Assembly: GCF_000008665.1 (NCBI RefSeq)
Contig: NC_000917.1
Location: 150,001 to 182,000 of the forward strand
Reading direction: 5' to 3'
Length of the DNA: 32,000 nt
Source of the DNA: Archaeoglobus fulgidus DSM 4304
GTDB taxonomy: Archaea > Halobacteriota > Archaeoglobi > Archaeoglobales > Archaeoglobaceae
The position numbers and the translations under genes were made by a program. Position 1 is the first letter of the stretch; the number at the start of each line of letters is the position of its first letter. Below the pieces are notes generated by a model that worked only from the letters and a program-made list of their open reading frames with translations, searched no databases and was not told the DNA's origin. Below are positions 10,088-18,502 of this stretch, one piece after another.

Positions 10088-10993
10088 TCATGCAGTCTTC
10101 GTTTTAACGAGCTTAACCAGCCCCTCAACCTCATCCAAAAACCAGCGCTCGAATTCAGGTCTTTTGACAGCCCTTGCTATATCTTCTTCCAGCTTAAGAA
10201 CTTTTGAGACCTCCAACCATTTTTCCCTTCTGTAAGCTATGATTTCTCCGTCATCAAAGGCTTCAAGAGCTTTTTCGGTCTCCTCCTCACTTCTGAACTT
10301 TAAGCTTGTGTATATGGCCACTCTATCCGAAACGTCACCTCTGAAGACGTAAACGCTGACGATTTTGCCGTTGATATAGCCCATGAAGTGGTCAGTGGCT
10401 TTATCAAACCCCATGGACATGAACTTCTTTTTGACGTGTTCGGGGAGGTCGTCAGTCAAACATCCACAAAGGGCCTTCAGCTTCCCTGTCACAAGCTCCC
10501 TTTCGAATCTTCTGAAGAGTTCAGCTGGAAAGCCCACCACGACCTCCTCGCTGCTGTAACCTCCGAGAACCCTCGCCCCCTCGCACAGAAAGGAGACGTT
10601 GGGCTCCCCCTCTTTGATAACATCCGCCGTTGCCTCACCGCAAACCGCTCTGCTACCGCTAAACCTTGCTACCAGTAAATCTCCAAAAACCTGCCTGAAA
10701 GCTCTTGAAATCTCCATCACCTTTTCGGGGGTAGCTATGACCAGCACGACATCGTAATCTCCCTTTTCATTGTAGGGCTCGATGAGGATGCCCTGAGCCT
10801 CAAATCCCTTCAGAGGCTCAAGAAAAAGGGAAACCTCTGCTCCAGCACAGTTGAAGGCCTTTGCAATTACCCTCCTGTTTGTCGCCTCTCTCACTGCGGA
10901 GCAGAACCTGTCCATGACTTCTCCATCCTCGGTTTCAAGCAGCTTCACTCCAACAGGGCTGTATCTGAGCTGAAAATACCTCCTGAAGCTCAA
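10088..10993 (-). CDS. DUF169-like protein
   Basis: SPVGVKLL..., RFCSAVREA, KAFNCAGAEVSLF, VVVGFPAELFRRF; 4-nt overlap with the SepCysS gene. Confidence 0.65.
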   Translation of the reverse strand: MSFRRYFQLRYSPVGVKLLETEDGEVMDRFCSAVREATNRRVIAKAFNCAGAEVSLFLEPLKGFEAQGILIEPYNEKGDYDVVLVIATPEKVMEISRAFRQVFGDLLVARFSGSRAVCGEATADVIKEGEPNVSFLCEGARVLGGYSSEEVVVGFPAELFRRFERELVTGKLKALCGCLTDDLPEHVKKKFMSMGFDKATDHFMGYINGKIVSVYVFRGDVSDRVAIYTSLKFRSEEETEKALEAFDDGEIIAYRREKWLEVSKVLKLEEDIARAVKRPEFERWFLDEVEGLVKLVKTKTA

Positions 10994-12147
10994 TCTTCCA
11001 CCTCCAGGCCATATTTCTCGGCAATCTCCTTGAAGGCCTCAGCAACCCTCTCAACCTCCTCCCAGCTCAGGCCGTAAACGTTGAGCTTAACGTTCCTCGT
11101 CATTCCCGGCTGCACACCAAAAATTCCCCTCTCCTTAAGCTCGTGATAGAGGAAGTATCCCTTCCGCCTGTGCTTTTTAGCTATTAAGTTAAAGGACGGA
11201 GTTTCGAAGTTCATGAGCGTGTGGTTCTTCGGCCTCTCCCCCAGAAGCATAACACCCTCAATCTTTTCCATCTCCTCAACAAACCACCTTGCCTTCTCAA
11301 CCTCCTCCTTCCATCTCTTCACCCTCTCCTTTACTACTGGAAAGGAGGCCATAAGGGTTACAAGGGGAAGGCCGTAAACTGGAGAGCAGCCGAAAAGGGC
11401 AACCTCCTTCTTGGTGAAAGCCCTGCCGCTCCAGTTTCCCCTCACTTCAGAAACCCTGAAAACCCTTTCAGCGAACTCAAAAGTTGTTGCGAGAATTCCG
11501 ATGGGTGCTGTTGCGGCCCAGCTTTTGTGCCCGCTTGCAACAATAAAGTCGCATCCCGTTTCCCTTCCACTCACCTCCATAATCCCTGAGGTGTAGGCTG
11601 TGTTCAAAATAAGCGGAATCCCGTAATCCCTGCATATTTCCGCAACCTTCTTAGCATCTGCCAGATTCCCGTATTTGTAGTCGGCGTGGGTTAGCAGTGC
11701 AACGGCGGGATAATCTCCGGTCTCCTCCTTAACCTTCTCGAAAACATCCGTATAACTCTCAGCCTCTATCCTGAACTCAGGATAGCCCGTGTTGGGAACC
11801 TCGTAAACTCTCAGGCCATTGAGTTCTGCTGCAATGTAGGTAGTGTAGTGGGCGAGGGAGTCCACCACCAAAGCCCCCTTAAACCCGCTCATCGCCACGA
11901 ACTTCGCATGCCTCGCCCCAGCGGTGAACCTCACTTCATCCATACCGAGAAACTCCGCAACCTCTTCCTTGAACCTCTTGACTGGCGGTTTGTCCAGCAG
12001 GTCAACTCTGCCCTCAAGGCAGATATCACACATGCTGTAGCCATCCCCCCACTCTAAAAGCACCTTCCTCGCCTCTTCAGTCAGAATTCCTCCTCTTTGA
12101 ATGGGATGAACGTTAATCATTCCCTTTGATGGTCTCAGCAGTTCCAT
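10990..12147 (-). CDS. pscS: O-phospho-L-seryl-tRNA:Cys-tRNA synthase (SepCysS)
   Basis: PLP-fold protein: IQRGGILTEEARKVLLEWGDGYSMCDIC, FTAGARHAKFVAM, LNTAYTSGIMEVSGRETGCDFIVASGHKSWAATAPIG. The ORF extends to 12162, but ATG at 12147 (MELLRPSKGMINVHPIQRGG) is the more likely start. Confidence 0.93.
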   Translation of the reverse strand: MELLRPSKGMINVHPIQRGGILTEEARKVLLEWGDGYSMCDICLEGRVDLLDKPPVKRFKEEVAEFLGMDEVRFTAGARHAKFVAMSGFKGALVVDSLAHYTTYIAAELNGLRVYEVPNTGYPEFRIEAESYTDVFEKVKEETGDYPAVALLTHADYKYGNLADAKKVAEICRDYGIPLILNTAYTSGIMEVSGRETGCDFIVASGHKSWAATAPIGILATTFEFAERVFRVSEVRGNWSGRAFTKKEVALFGCSPVYGLPLVTLMASFPVVKERVKRWKEEVEKARWFVEEMEKIEGVMLLGERPKNHTLMNFETPSFNLIAKKHRRKGYFLYHELKERGIFGVQPGMTRNVKLNVYGLSWEEVERVAEAFKEIAEKYGLEVED

Positions 12148-12154
12148 AGGCTTA

Positions 12155-12169
12155 CTTAACATTGTTAAG
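12155..12169. promoter_or_regulatory. Perfect 15-bp palindrome CTTAACATTGTTAAG, candidate operator upstream of pscS
   Basis: CTTAACA-T-TGTTAAG, 7-bp perfect arms, 7 bp before ATG 12147; identical copy at 16364..16378. Confidence 0.6.
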
Positions 12170-12173
12170 TTTT

Positions 12174-13214
12174 TTAAGTTTTATCCCGAAGCAGTTTCCT
12201 TCCGATGTTCAGACAGTCCAAGTAAAAGTTTCCTGAGGGGGAAAATTCGAAATCAATTTCGGAGCACATGCAGACGCACGCCGGATTCTTTGTAAACCTG
12301 AACTCCTCAAGCAGGTTGAAATCCGGCATTGGAATGACAAGGGGATAGAAGCCAATAACTTCCTTGCACCTCCTGAAACCCTCGGCAGCAGGGATATAAA
12401 TTGCCTCATCTGCGAGCTCAAAGACCGCCTCAATCTGGGCGTAGGAGGCGAAAATTCCCGGGATGAAGAGGTAAAGCTGGCTGTAGTATGTTTTTGCTGA
12501 AGGAAAAACTTTCTTCTCTGCGCTGAGGTCTTCCAGCTCTTTAAAGCTGATTTGGTGGGAGTTGCGTTTGTAGGTCTCTCCGTCGTATCCAAGCTTTTCC
12601 CTTAGCAGCCTGCCATTCTTCTCTCTCAGAACAAAGAGGGTGTCGAAGATTCTGCCGAAGCTCTCACGATTTAGGTGCAAAAGGGAGTGATGAACGAAGT
12701 CGGCGAGAAAATCGGAAATATCTGTCGTGCGGTTTTTTATCCCTGACCTTTCGGCGATACTGGCGTGGAGATTGAAGGCTGGCTCGTCGCTGCCACAAAG
12801 CTTTATGTCCGCAATGCACTGCCTTTCGACGAAGTCTTCAGCAACTAAGTACTTTCTCACCTCCCATCCCCTTTTCCTTCTTGCAAACTTTGGCATCACA
12901 AGGCTGTACTTGAATGGATTTCTGGTCGTGAAGCCGTCACACAGATACGTGAGGTCAAAACGATCAAGGTCGTATGATCTGCAGAGAACCTCGGCAACGA
13001 TATTTTCGAAGTGTAAGCCAAAAAACTGCCTCCACATACCCCCTCCACTGAAATCAAAGCTGTAATCGTCAACGTCAAAGCCAAAGGTTTTCAAAAAATA
13101 GCTCCGCGCCCTGTAACCACACCTCTCCCTCGCTCTGTACTCCTTCCTCAGGTCATCATAGCTGTTAACGTAGGGCAGAGAAAAATCAAACGAAGATGAA
13201 GTTGTCACCGCCAA
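12174..13214 (-). CDS. Uncharacterised 346-aa protein in the sulfur-transfer cluster
   Basis: Long ORF; [40 protein letters not shown]... with C-terminal [13 protein letters not shown]. Overlaps the dsrE-like gene by about 29 nt. Confidence 0.8.
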
Positions 13215-13575
13215 GAACCTCTGTCAGCCCGCCGACCTTGTCCACCCATTCCGGTAGCTCATCCTCTCTGAGACCGAAAAGCTCCATGCTGCCGGAGCAC
13301 GCAATGATTCGCATCCGTCCGAACGACTTTCCGAGATTCACAAGTTGCTCCAGCTCTCTCAAAATACCTCTTTTGATGCCGCTCTCAATTGCCTGTCTTT
13401 CCTCATCTCCATCGAAAACCTTCTCTCCTCTGCATATATTTCTCAGAGCCCAGTAGGTGAGAAAAACCTGCACTTCCTCGCCCATTGATGCGAGAACCGA
13501 TGCTATGCTGAATGCATGGTAAATTCTGTCCCACTGTCCGCTGTGGACTATGATTCCGTTAATTCTGTCAGACAT
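13186..13575 (-). CDS. DsrE/DsrF-like sulfur-transfer family protein
   Basis: [44 protein letters not shown]; Cys in [16 protein letters not shown] at 13575 preferred over GTG at 13584. Confidence 0.8.
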
Positions 13576-13576
13576 A

Positions 13577-13591
13577 ATGAACACTGTTAAT
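13577..13591. promoter_or_regulatory. Degenerate copy of the cluster palindrome (ATGAACACTGTTAAT)
   Basis: 11/15 match to CTTAACATTGTTAAG with intact core AACA-N-TGTT; 1 bp before ATG 13575. Confidence 0.35.
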
Positions 13592-13609
13592 TTCTGAATA
13601 AAAGCTTTA

Positions 13610-14138
13610 TCAGAGCAACCTTCTCGTTCCGCTCTTCAACTGCTCCTGCCTTCTCATCCACCCCGCCTTCCACTTCTGGTAGCAGCCTCTGCTGCAGAAG
13701 GTTACAGGGTGGTCAACGCAGCAGGTTTTGACAACAATCGGGTCCCTTGCGATTTTACCGCAGACATCACAGCGATGCTTTGCCGTACTCTTGTCCAGCT
13801 CAAACGGAATACATCTCTTCCTCGATGAGCCCCTCCTCTCTGAGAATCTCGCAAACTCTGCAGAGGTAATCCACCTCGTCTTCGATGGTAATTCTTCCTG
13901 CTACGAGGTCATCCACGAGCTCTCTTACAATTCTCTTCGCCCCATCGGATTTCTTTATGATGTCCAGCCCCCTCTGTCCCCTTTTGCTCTTGAGGTACTG
14001 CGAAACTGCTGCCTGTGTCAACCCGAGCAAATCTGCAACATCCTTTACCCTGTAACCTCTATCTATTAGCTCAAGCGCAACCTTCGCCCTCAGGGCGGGG
14101 AGTACGTATTTCACCATCATCACGCAGTGCGGTTTCAT
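13610..14138 (-). pseudogene. HTH transcriptional regulator plus an out-of-frame C-terminal TRASH-like cysteine domain
   Basis: ORF 13800..14138: MKPHCVMMVKYVLPALRAKVALELIDRGYRVKDVADLLGLTQAAVSQYLKSKRG. Removing one T from the GTTTGA stop context (13802-13804) continues the protein as VELDKSTAKHRCDVCGKIARDPIVVKTCCVDHPVTFCSRGCYQKWKAGWMRRQEQLKSGTRRLL* (stop 13610..13612). Confidence 0.75.
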
Positions 14139-14141
14139 GGC

Positions 14142-14603
14142 TCAAGCCTCACAATACTCTCCGTGGTCGTCCATCTCACCCTTCTCCATCTTCTCAAGTT
14201 CCTTTTCCAGACCTAACTCTTTTATCTTATCAATTTTTCCATTTTTTCTAAAGTAGTCAACTATTGCCCTCCTCAGCGCATCTGCGGCCAAGTTGGAGCA
14301 GTGCATTTTCTGCTTCGGCAAACCGCCAAGGGCTTCGGCAACAGCATCTCTTGTAATTTTCAGAGCTTCCTCTATAGTTTTCCCCTTCGCCATCTCAGTG
14401 GCCATGCTGCTGGTTGCAATGGCAGCAGCGCAGCCAAAGGTCTGGAACTTGATATCCTCAATTCTGTTGTCCTTCACTTTAATGTAAATGGTCATCAAAT
14501 CCCCGCAAACTGGATTGCCGACAGTTCCTACACCATCAGCATCCTCAATTTTTCCAACATTCCTCGGATTCTGGAAGTGGTCGAAAACCTTATCACTATA
14601 CAT
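14142..14603 (-). CDS. iscU: Fe-S cluster scaffold IscU/NifU-N
   Basis: MYSDKVFDHFQNPRNVGKIEDADGVGTVGNPVCGD, QTFGCAAAIATSSM, KMHCSNLAADALR; three conserved Cys. Confidence 0.96.
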   Translation of the reverse strand: MYSDKVFDHFQNPRNVGKIEDADGVGTVGNPVCGDLMTIYIKVKDNRIEDIKFQTFGCAAAIATSSMATEMAKGKTIEEALKITRDAVAEALGGLPKQKMHCSNLAADALRRAIVDYFRKNGKIDKIKELGLEKELEKMEKGEMDDHGEYCEA

Positions 14604-14608
14604 AGCCC

Positions 14609-15757
14609 TCACCTCCTGTAGAGAGGAGACATGCTCCTCAGCCTCTCAATCACGCCCGGCAGCACCTCAAGCAGCCTGTCAACATCTTCGTCAGTGTTGT
14701 ATCTGCCCAGCGTCAAAAGCAGAGTGCCGTGCGCCTCCTCATGCTTCAGCCCACACGCCATGAGAACATGGCTTGGCTGCAAGGTTTTTGAGCTGCACGC
14801 CGAGCCGGTTGAAGCCTGAATTCCCGCCATGTCAAGGCTCAAAACGATTGACTCTCCCTCAATGTAGCTGAATCTCACGTTTACATTGTTGGGCAGCCTT
14901 TTTTCAGGATGGCCGTTTAGGTAGCTTTCCTCAATTTTCAGAACGTTATCGATTATCCTATCTCTCAACCTTCTGAGCCTCCCAGCCTCCTCTCCCCACT
15001 CCTTTGCGGTGATTTCAGCGGCTTTACCAAATCCAACTATCGCAGGAACGTTTTCACTACCACTCCTGAGCCCTTTTTCCTGCCCACCTCCGAGAATTAT
15101 CGGCTGCAACCTCACTCCCTGCCTTACCCAAAGCGCCCCCACTCCTTTGGGGCCGTAAATGTCGTTGCTTGAAATAGTCAGCATATCAGCACCGATCTTC
15201 TCAACATCCACCTCAATTTGCCCGAGAGAGGCTGTAGCATCAACGTGCAGAGCTGCTCTACCGTTAATTATTTCTGAAATCTCCTTTATGGGCTGAATCG
15301 TTCCAATTTCGTTGTTTGCATGCTGAACAGAAACAAGAATCGTGTCTTCCCTGATTTTCTCCTCAATAAATTCAAGGTCGACGGTGCCGTATTTGTCCAC
15401 TGGGATGAATTCAACCTCAAATCCCTGCTTCTGAAGATACTTTGCCGGATTTATGACGGACATGTGCTCAATTGATGAAACGAGAACGTGCTTACCCTTT
15501 CTGGCGTTTCTCATCGCATATCCAATGAGAGCGAGGTTGTTGGACTCCGTGGCACCTGAGGTGAAAACGATGTCCCCGCCACCACCATTTATCAGCTCCG
15601 AAATCTTCCCCCTTGCCTCCTCAATCACCTCTCTTGCTTTAAAGCCGTAGGAGTGGACTGAGGAAGGATTTCCGAAGTGCTCGGTCATGTAGGGAAGCAT
15701 TGCTTCAACAACCCTCTCATCCACAGGCTTTGTGGAGGCGTAGTCAAAGTAGGGCAT
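14609..15757 (-). CDS. iscS: IscS/NifS-family cysteine desulfurase homolog with the PLP lysine replaced by Asp (D199)
   Basis: [76 protein letters not shown]. The usual SSHKIYGPKG motif reads [10 protein letters not shown]. Confidence 0.95.
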   Translation of the reverse strand: MPYFDYASTKPVDERVVEAMLPYMTEHFGNPSSVHSYGFKAREVIEEARGKISELINGGGGDIVFTSGATESNNLALIGYAMRNARKGKHVLVSSIEHMSVINPAKYLQKQGFEVEFIPVDKYGTVDLEFIEEKIREDTILVSVQHANNEIGTIQPIKEISEIINGRAALHVDATASLGQIEVDVEKIGADMLTISSNDIYGPKGVGALWVRQGVRLQPIILGGGQEKGLRSGSENVPAIVGFGKAAEITAKEWGEEAGRLRRLRDRIIDNVLKIEESYLNGHPEKRLPNNVNVRFSYIEGESIVLSLDMAGIQASTGSACSSKTLQPSHVLMACGLKHEEAHGTLLLTLGRYNTDEDVDRLLEVLPGVIERLRSMSPLYRR

Positions 15758-15767
15758 TTCCACCACC

Positions 15768-16127
15768 TCAGAAATAGAGCACACCATCCGCCTCAAGAAC
15801 GAGCTGGTTGAGCGTTGCAGCACCTACAATCTTGACACCATCAACAATCTCTCCCTTATCAATCCCAAGGAGTTCGGAGCTTCTGTCGCAAACCATCATC
15901 TCAACCCCGCTTTCCCTTGCCTGTTTCATTAACTCACTCAGCGGCGGAAAGTTTCCCATCTTAATTTTCTCAGCATTATCCTTTTTAACAACTGTTACAC
16001 CCTTGATAACAAAGTAAATGATTGCATCATCTCCCATGGCCTTGGCGGTCATTGCGAGGACGAAGGGAGCGTAGAGCCTTTCGGGAGTGTCGATACCGCT
16101 CGTCTGAACGTAAAGCAGCTTCGCCAT
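15768..16127 (-). CDS. DsrE-like sulfurtransferase-family protein
   Basis: [44 protein letters not shown]..., [34 protein letters not shown]. Confidence 0.85.
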   Translation of the reverse strand: MAKLLYVQTSGIDTPERLYAPFVLAMTAKAMGDDAIIYFVIKGVTVVKKDNAEKIKMGNFPPLSELMKQARESGVEMMVCDRSSELLGIDKGEIVDGVKIVGAATLNQLVLEADGVLYF

Positions 16128-16361
16128 CTACCTCACCTCCTTTACAATTTTTACAACAAACCTCAAAACCCCATCCTCAAGCTTTTCAAACTCGACAAGC
16201 TCCTGACCGAGCTTTTTAACCAAAACTGGGATGTCCGATTCTGCAGCAGGGTCGTCTGCAAGAATTTCTATAATTTCCCCAACCTCTGACTCTTCCATTG
16301 CCTTCCTCGCCCTGAATACGGGTTCGGGGCAGTAGAGGCCGATACAGTCAACCTGTTTCAT
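16128..16361 (-). CDS. TusA/SirA-family sulfur carrier
   Basis: MKQVDCIGLYCPEPVFRARKAMEESEVGEIIEILADDPAAESDIPVL; CPEP motif. Confidence 0.92.
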   Translation of the reverse strand: MKQVDCIGLYCPEPVFRARKAMEESEVGEIIEILADDPAAESDIPVLVKKLGQELVEFEKLEDGVLRFVVKIVKEVR

Positions 16362-16363
16362 AA

Positions 16364-16378
16364 CTTAACATTGTTAAG
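16364..16378. promoter_or_regulatory. Perfect 15-bp palindrome CTTAACATTGTTAAG, candidate operator upstream of the tusA-like gene
   Basis: Identical to 12155..12169; 2 bp before the start codon of the first gene of the minus-strand cluster. Confidence 0.65.
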
Positions 16379-16431
16379 GTAACTATTTAAAAGTTTCGGG
16401 AAAAAAAATAGTTTCCACATAGGGAGTCAAA

Positions 16432-16719
16432 ATGAAAAATAATTACCTGCCACGAGAGGATGATCACCAAAGCAAGCCCTTTAATAAATCCAGGTAACTC
16501 GGCAGGCTGGATGAAAATGTTGATAAAGTAGGATTTCAGATTTTAGGACAATACCTTCTTCTGGGAAGCGTATTTAAGACAATAGTTGCAGATAAAACGA
16601 TTGATTTTGGAGATGAAACGTATCGTCAGCTTATGAAACGTTCTGAACCATCTGGCAGCTTCAATTTCAGACGTTTTAACGGGCAAGACCTATTGCCTTT
16701 CAGGTTAAAGCAGTTATGA
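16432..16719 (+). pseudogene. Possible small gene interrupted by an in-frame TAA (16495..16497)
   Basis: MKNNYLPREDDHQSKPFNKSR*LGRLDENVDKVGFQILGQYLLLGSVFKTIVADKTIDFGDETYRQLMKRSEPSGSFNFRRFNGQDLLPFRLKQL*; no recognised family. Confidence 0.35.
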
Positions 16720-16725
16720 GGTGAA

Positions 16726-17094
16726 ATGGATTGGAAGAAGATTAGCATAGTGCTGGTGCTGGTGGCTGGGCAGGGCTCTATGTTGCGACGGCAATACCAT
16801 GGGGAATGATGAGGTACGGAGGATACGGTTACATACCCATGATGGGCGGAAATGGCATGGGCGGAGGTTACGGAATGGGTGGTGAAATACGGGTACAGAT
16901 ATGGCTATGATTACAACAACACGCCACAGCAGCCAGTGCAGCAAGGCTACTACGTAACGTACCACTGGCACTGCCCGGATGATGTGGCACTGGTGAGTGG
17001 GCACAGTTACATATCATACCTCTCTTTTCTCAAATTTTTTAAGCAAAGCAGCATTCGCGCTCCGTGCACAAGCTTTCTGGAATGTAGCTCATAA
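16726..17094 (+). pseudogene. Signal-anchored Gly/Tyr/Met-rich protein remnant with two compensating frameshifts
   Basis: Composite: MDWKKISIVLVLV.../AGLYVATAIPWGMMRYGGYGYIPMMGGNGMGGGYGMGG/KYGYRYGYDYNNTPQQPVQQGYYVTYHWHCPDD... across two frames; shifts near 16770 and 16885. Confidence 0.7.
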
Positions 17095-17214
17095 ATCTGT
17101 CTGACCTGGCAACTAAGGCTAAGGCGAAAGATGCCGGTGTTATGCCGTTTGTGAAATGGGTAAGAATTGGATGCAAATTCCTCAGCGTTACAAATCTTAC
17201 GAGAAGCGGTATCA

Positions 17215-17754
17215 TCAGCCGAGTTCCTTCAGATAGGCTATGATATCGTTCAAGTCCTCATCGCTCATCTGCCACCTTGGCATGCACCAGTCGAGGGTTT
17301 CGTTATCATGCTCCCCCTTTGTGATTGCAATTCTGATCTCCTCGTCACTCATCTCCTCTTCAGTTAAGGCGGAGTATCTTATGTCTGGAGCCTTTTCATT
17401 GCACATCATCGGCACAAGCCCTCCCCTTCCATCCCTGCCATGGCAGTTCACGCAGCTTCCCCCATGCATCACCAGCCATTGAGGACCACCTGTAAAGGGG
17501 ATTCTCTCTCCCTTCTCGTTAATTCCCGTGAAGTAAATTTTTTCTCCATTTGAACTGAACTCAGCAGGACCCTGACAGCAGCCCGGTGGGTAGTAGCGCT
17601 CATCACTGTAGCCCATCATCGGGTTGTAGCCACCCATTGGGTAGCCACCGTAGCCCATCATAGGCATGTAGCCGTAGGGGGTTAAGAAGTTCAGCAGGAA
17701 GAACGCCACAACCACGACTGCAATTATCGCAACAACAATTTCGGACTTTTCCAT
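17215..17754 (-). CDS. Membrane-anchored c-type cytochrome with Gly/Tyr/Met-rich linker
   Basis: TM helix IVVAIIAVVVVAFFLLNF, PYGYMPMMGYGGYPMGGYNPMMGY, heme motif CVNCH, distal Met in LDWCMPRWQMSDEDLNDIIAYLKELG. Confidence 0.85.
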   Translation of the reverse strand: MEKSEIVVAIIAVVVVAFFLLNFLTPYGYMPMMGYGGYPMGGYNPMMGYSDERYYPPGCCQGPAEFSSNGEKIYFTGINEKGERIPFTGGPQWLVMHGGSCVNCHGRDGRGGLVPMMCNEKAPDIRYSALTEEEMSDEEIRIAITKGEHDNETLDWCMPRWQMSDEDLNDIIAYLKELG

Positions 17755-17904
17755 GGTATTTATCAGCATAAAATTTTAAAAATTTTTTTACTCGGTTCCA
17801 ACGATATTAAGGAAACTTAGAATAAAAAGTTTGGAATCTTTTGTTGCTAGACTAATGCTTAGATCGAGTGGTTTTGAAAAGTTCAGCTCTCTATACCACA
17901 ACCT

Positions 17905-18385
17905 CTACCTCAGCAACCTCATCGAGTTCATAACGGCAATCAGCGTAACCCCGACATCCGCAAACACAGCCTCCCACATCGTCGCCATCCCCATTGCGCC
18001 GAGGCTTATGAAGAATCCTTTTACAGCTAAGGCGAGGACTATGTTCTCCCATACTACCTTCTGTGTCCTCTTTGCCAGCCTAATTGCTCTGGCAACCTTC
18101 GACGGCCTGTCGTCCATGATCACGACATCCACCACCTCGATGGCTGCACTTCTCATCGCCCCCATGGAGATGCCCACATCAGCCCCCGCTATAACTGGGG
18201 CATCGTTGATGCCATCTCCAACAAAAGCAAAGCTTTCTCCTTAGCCTTAATCTCCTCTATAACCCTCACCTTGTCTTCCGGCAGCAGTTCTGCGAAGTAT
18301 TCGATGCCCAGCTCTGATGCGATGCTTTCGGCAATCCCCCTGCTATCTCCGCCCAGTAGCAGTTTTTCCACCCGCATCCGGTGTA
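17905..18385 (-). pseudogene. 3' remnant of a P1B-type heavy-metal ATPase, 5'-truncated and frameshifted near 18235
   Basis: Composite VEKLLLGGDSRGIAESIASELGIEYFAELLPEDKVRVIEEIKAKEK / SFAFVGDGINDAPVIAGADVGISMGAMRSAAIEVVDVVIMDDRPSKVARAIRLAKRTQKVVWENI...NSMRLLR*. Confidence 0.9.
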
Positions 18386-18502
18386 GCAGTAGGGAATCCA
18401 CCGAACAGACAGCCAACGTTAACAGAGCTATACAGAGCATAGCTCATACATGTGTTCACTAATATCAAATGTTTAAAAATCTTTCGCCAATTGACACCAA
18501 AA

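Noticed and set aside
16364-16378. Palindrome interpreted as an intrinsic terminator hairpin
   Set aside because: It sits immediately before start codons, is not followed by a convincing T-run in the minus-strand direction, and recurs at a second gene start; an operator fits better.
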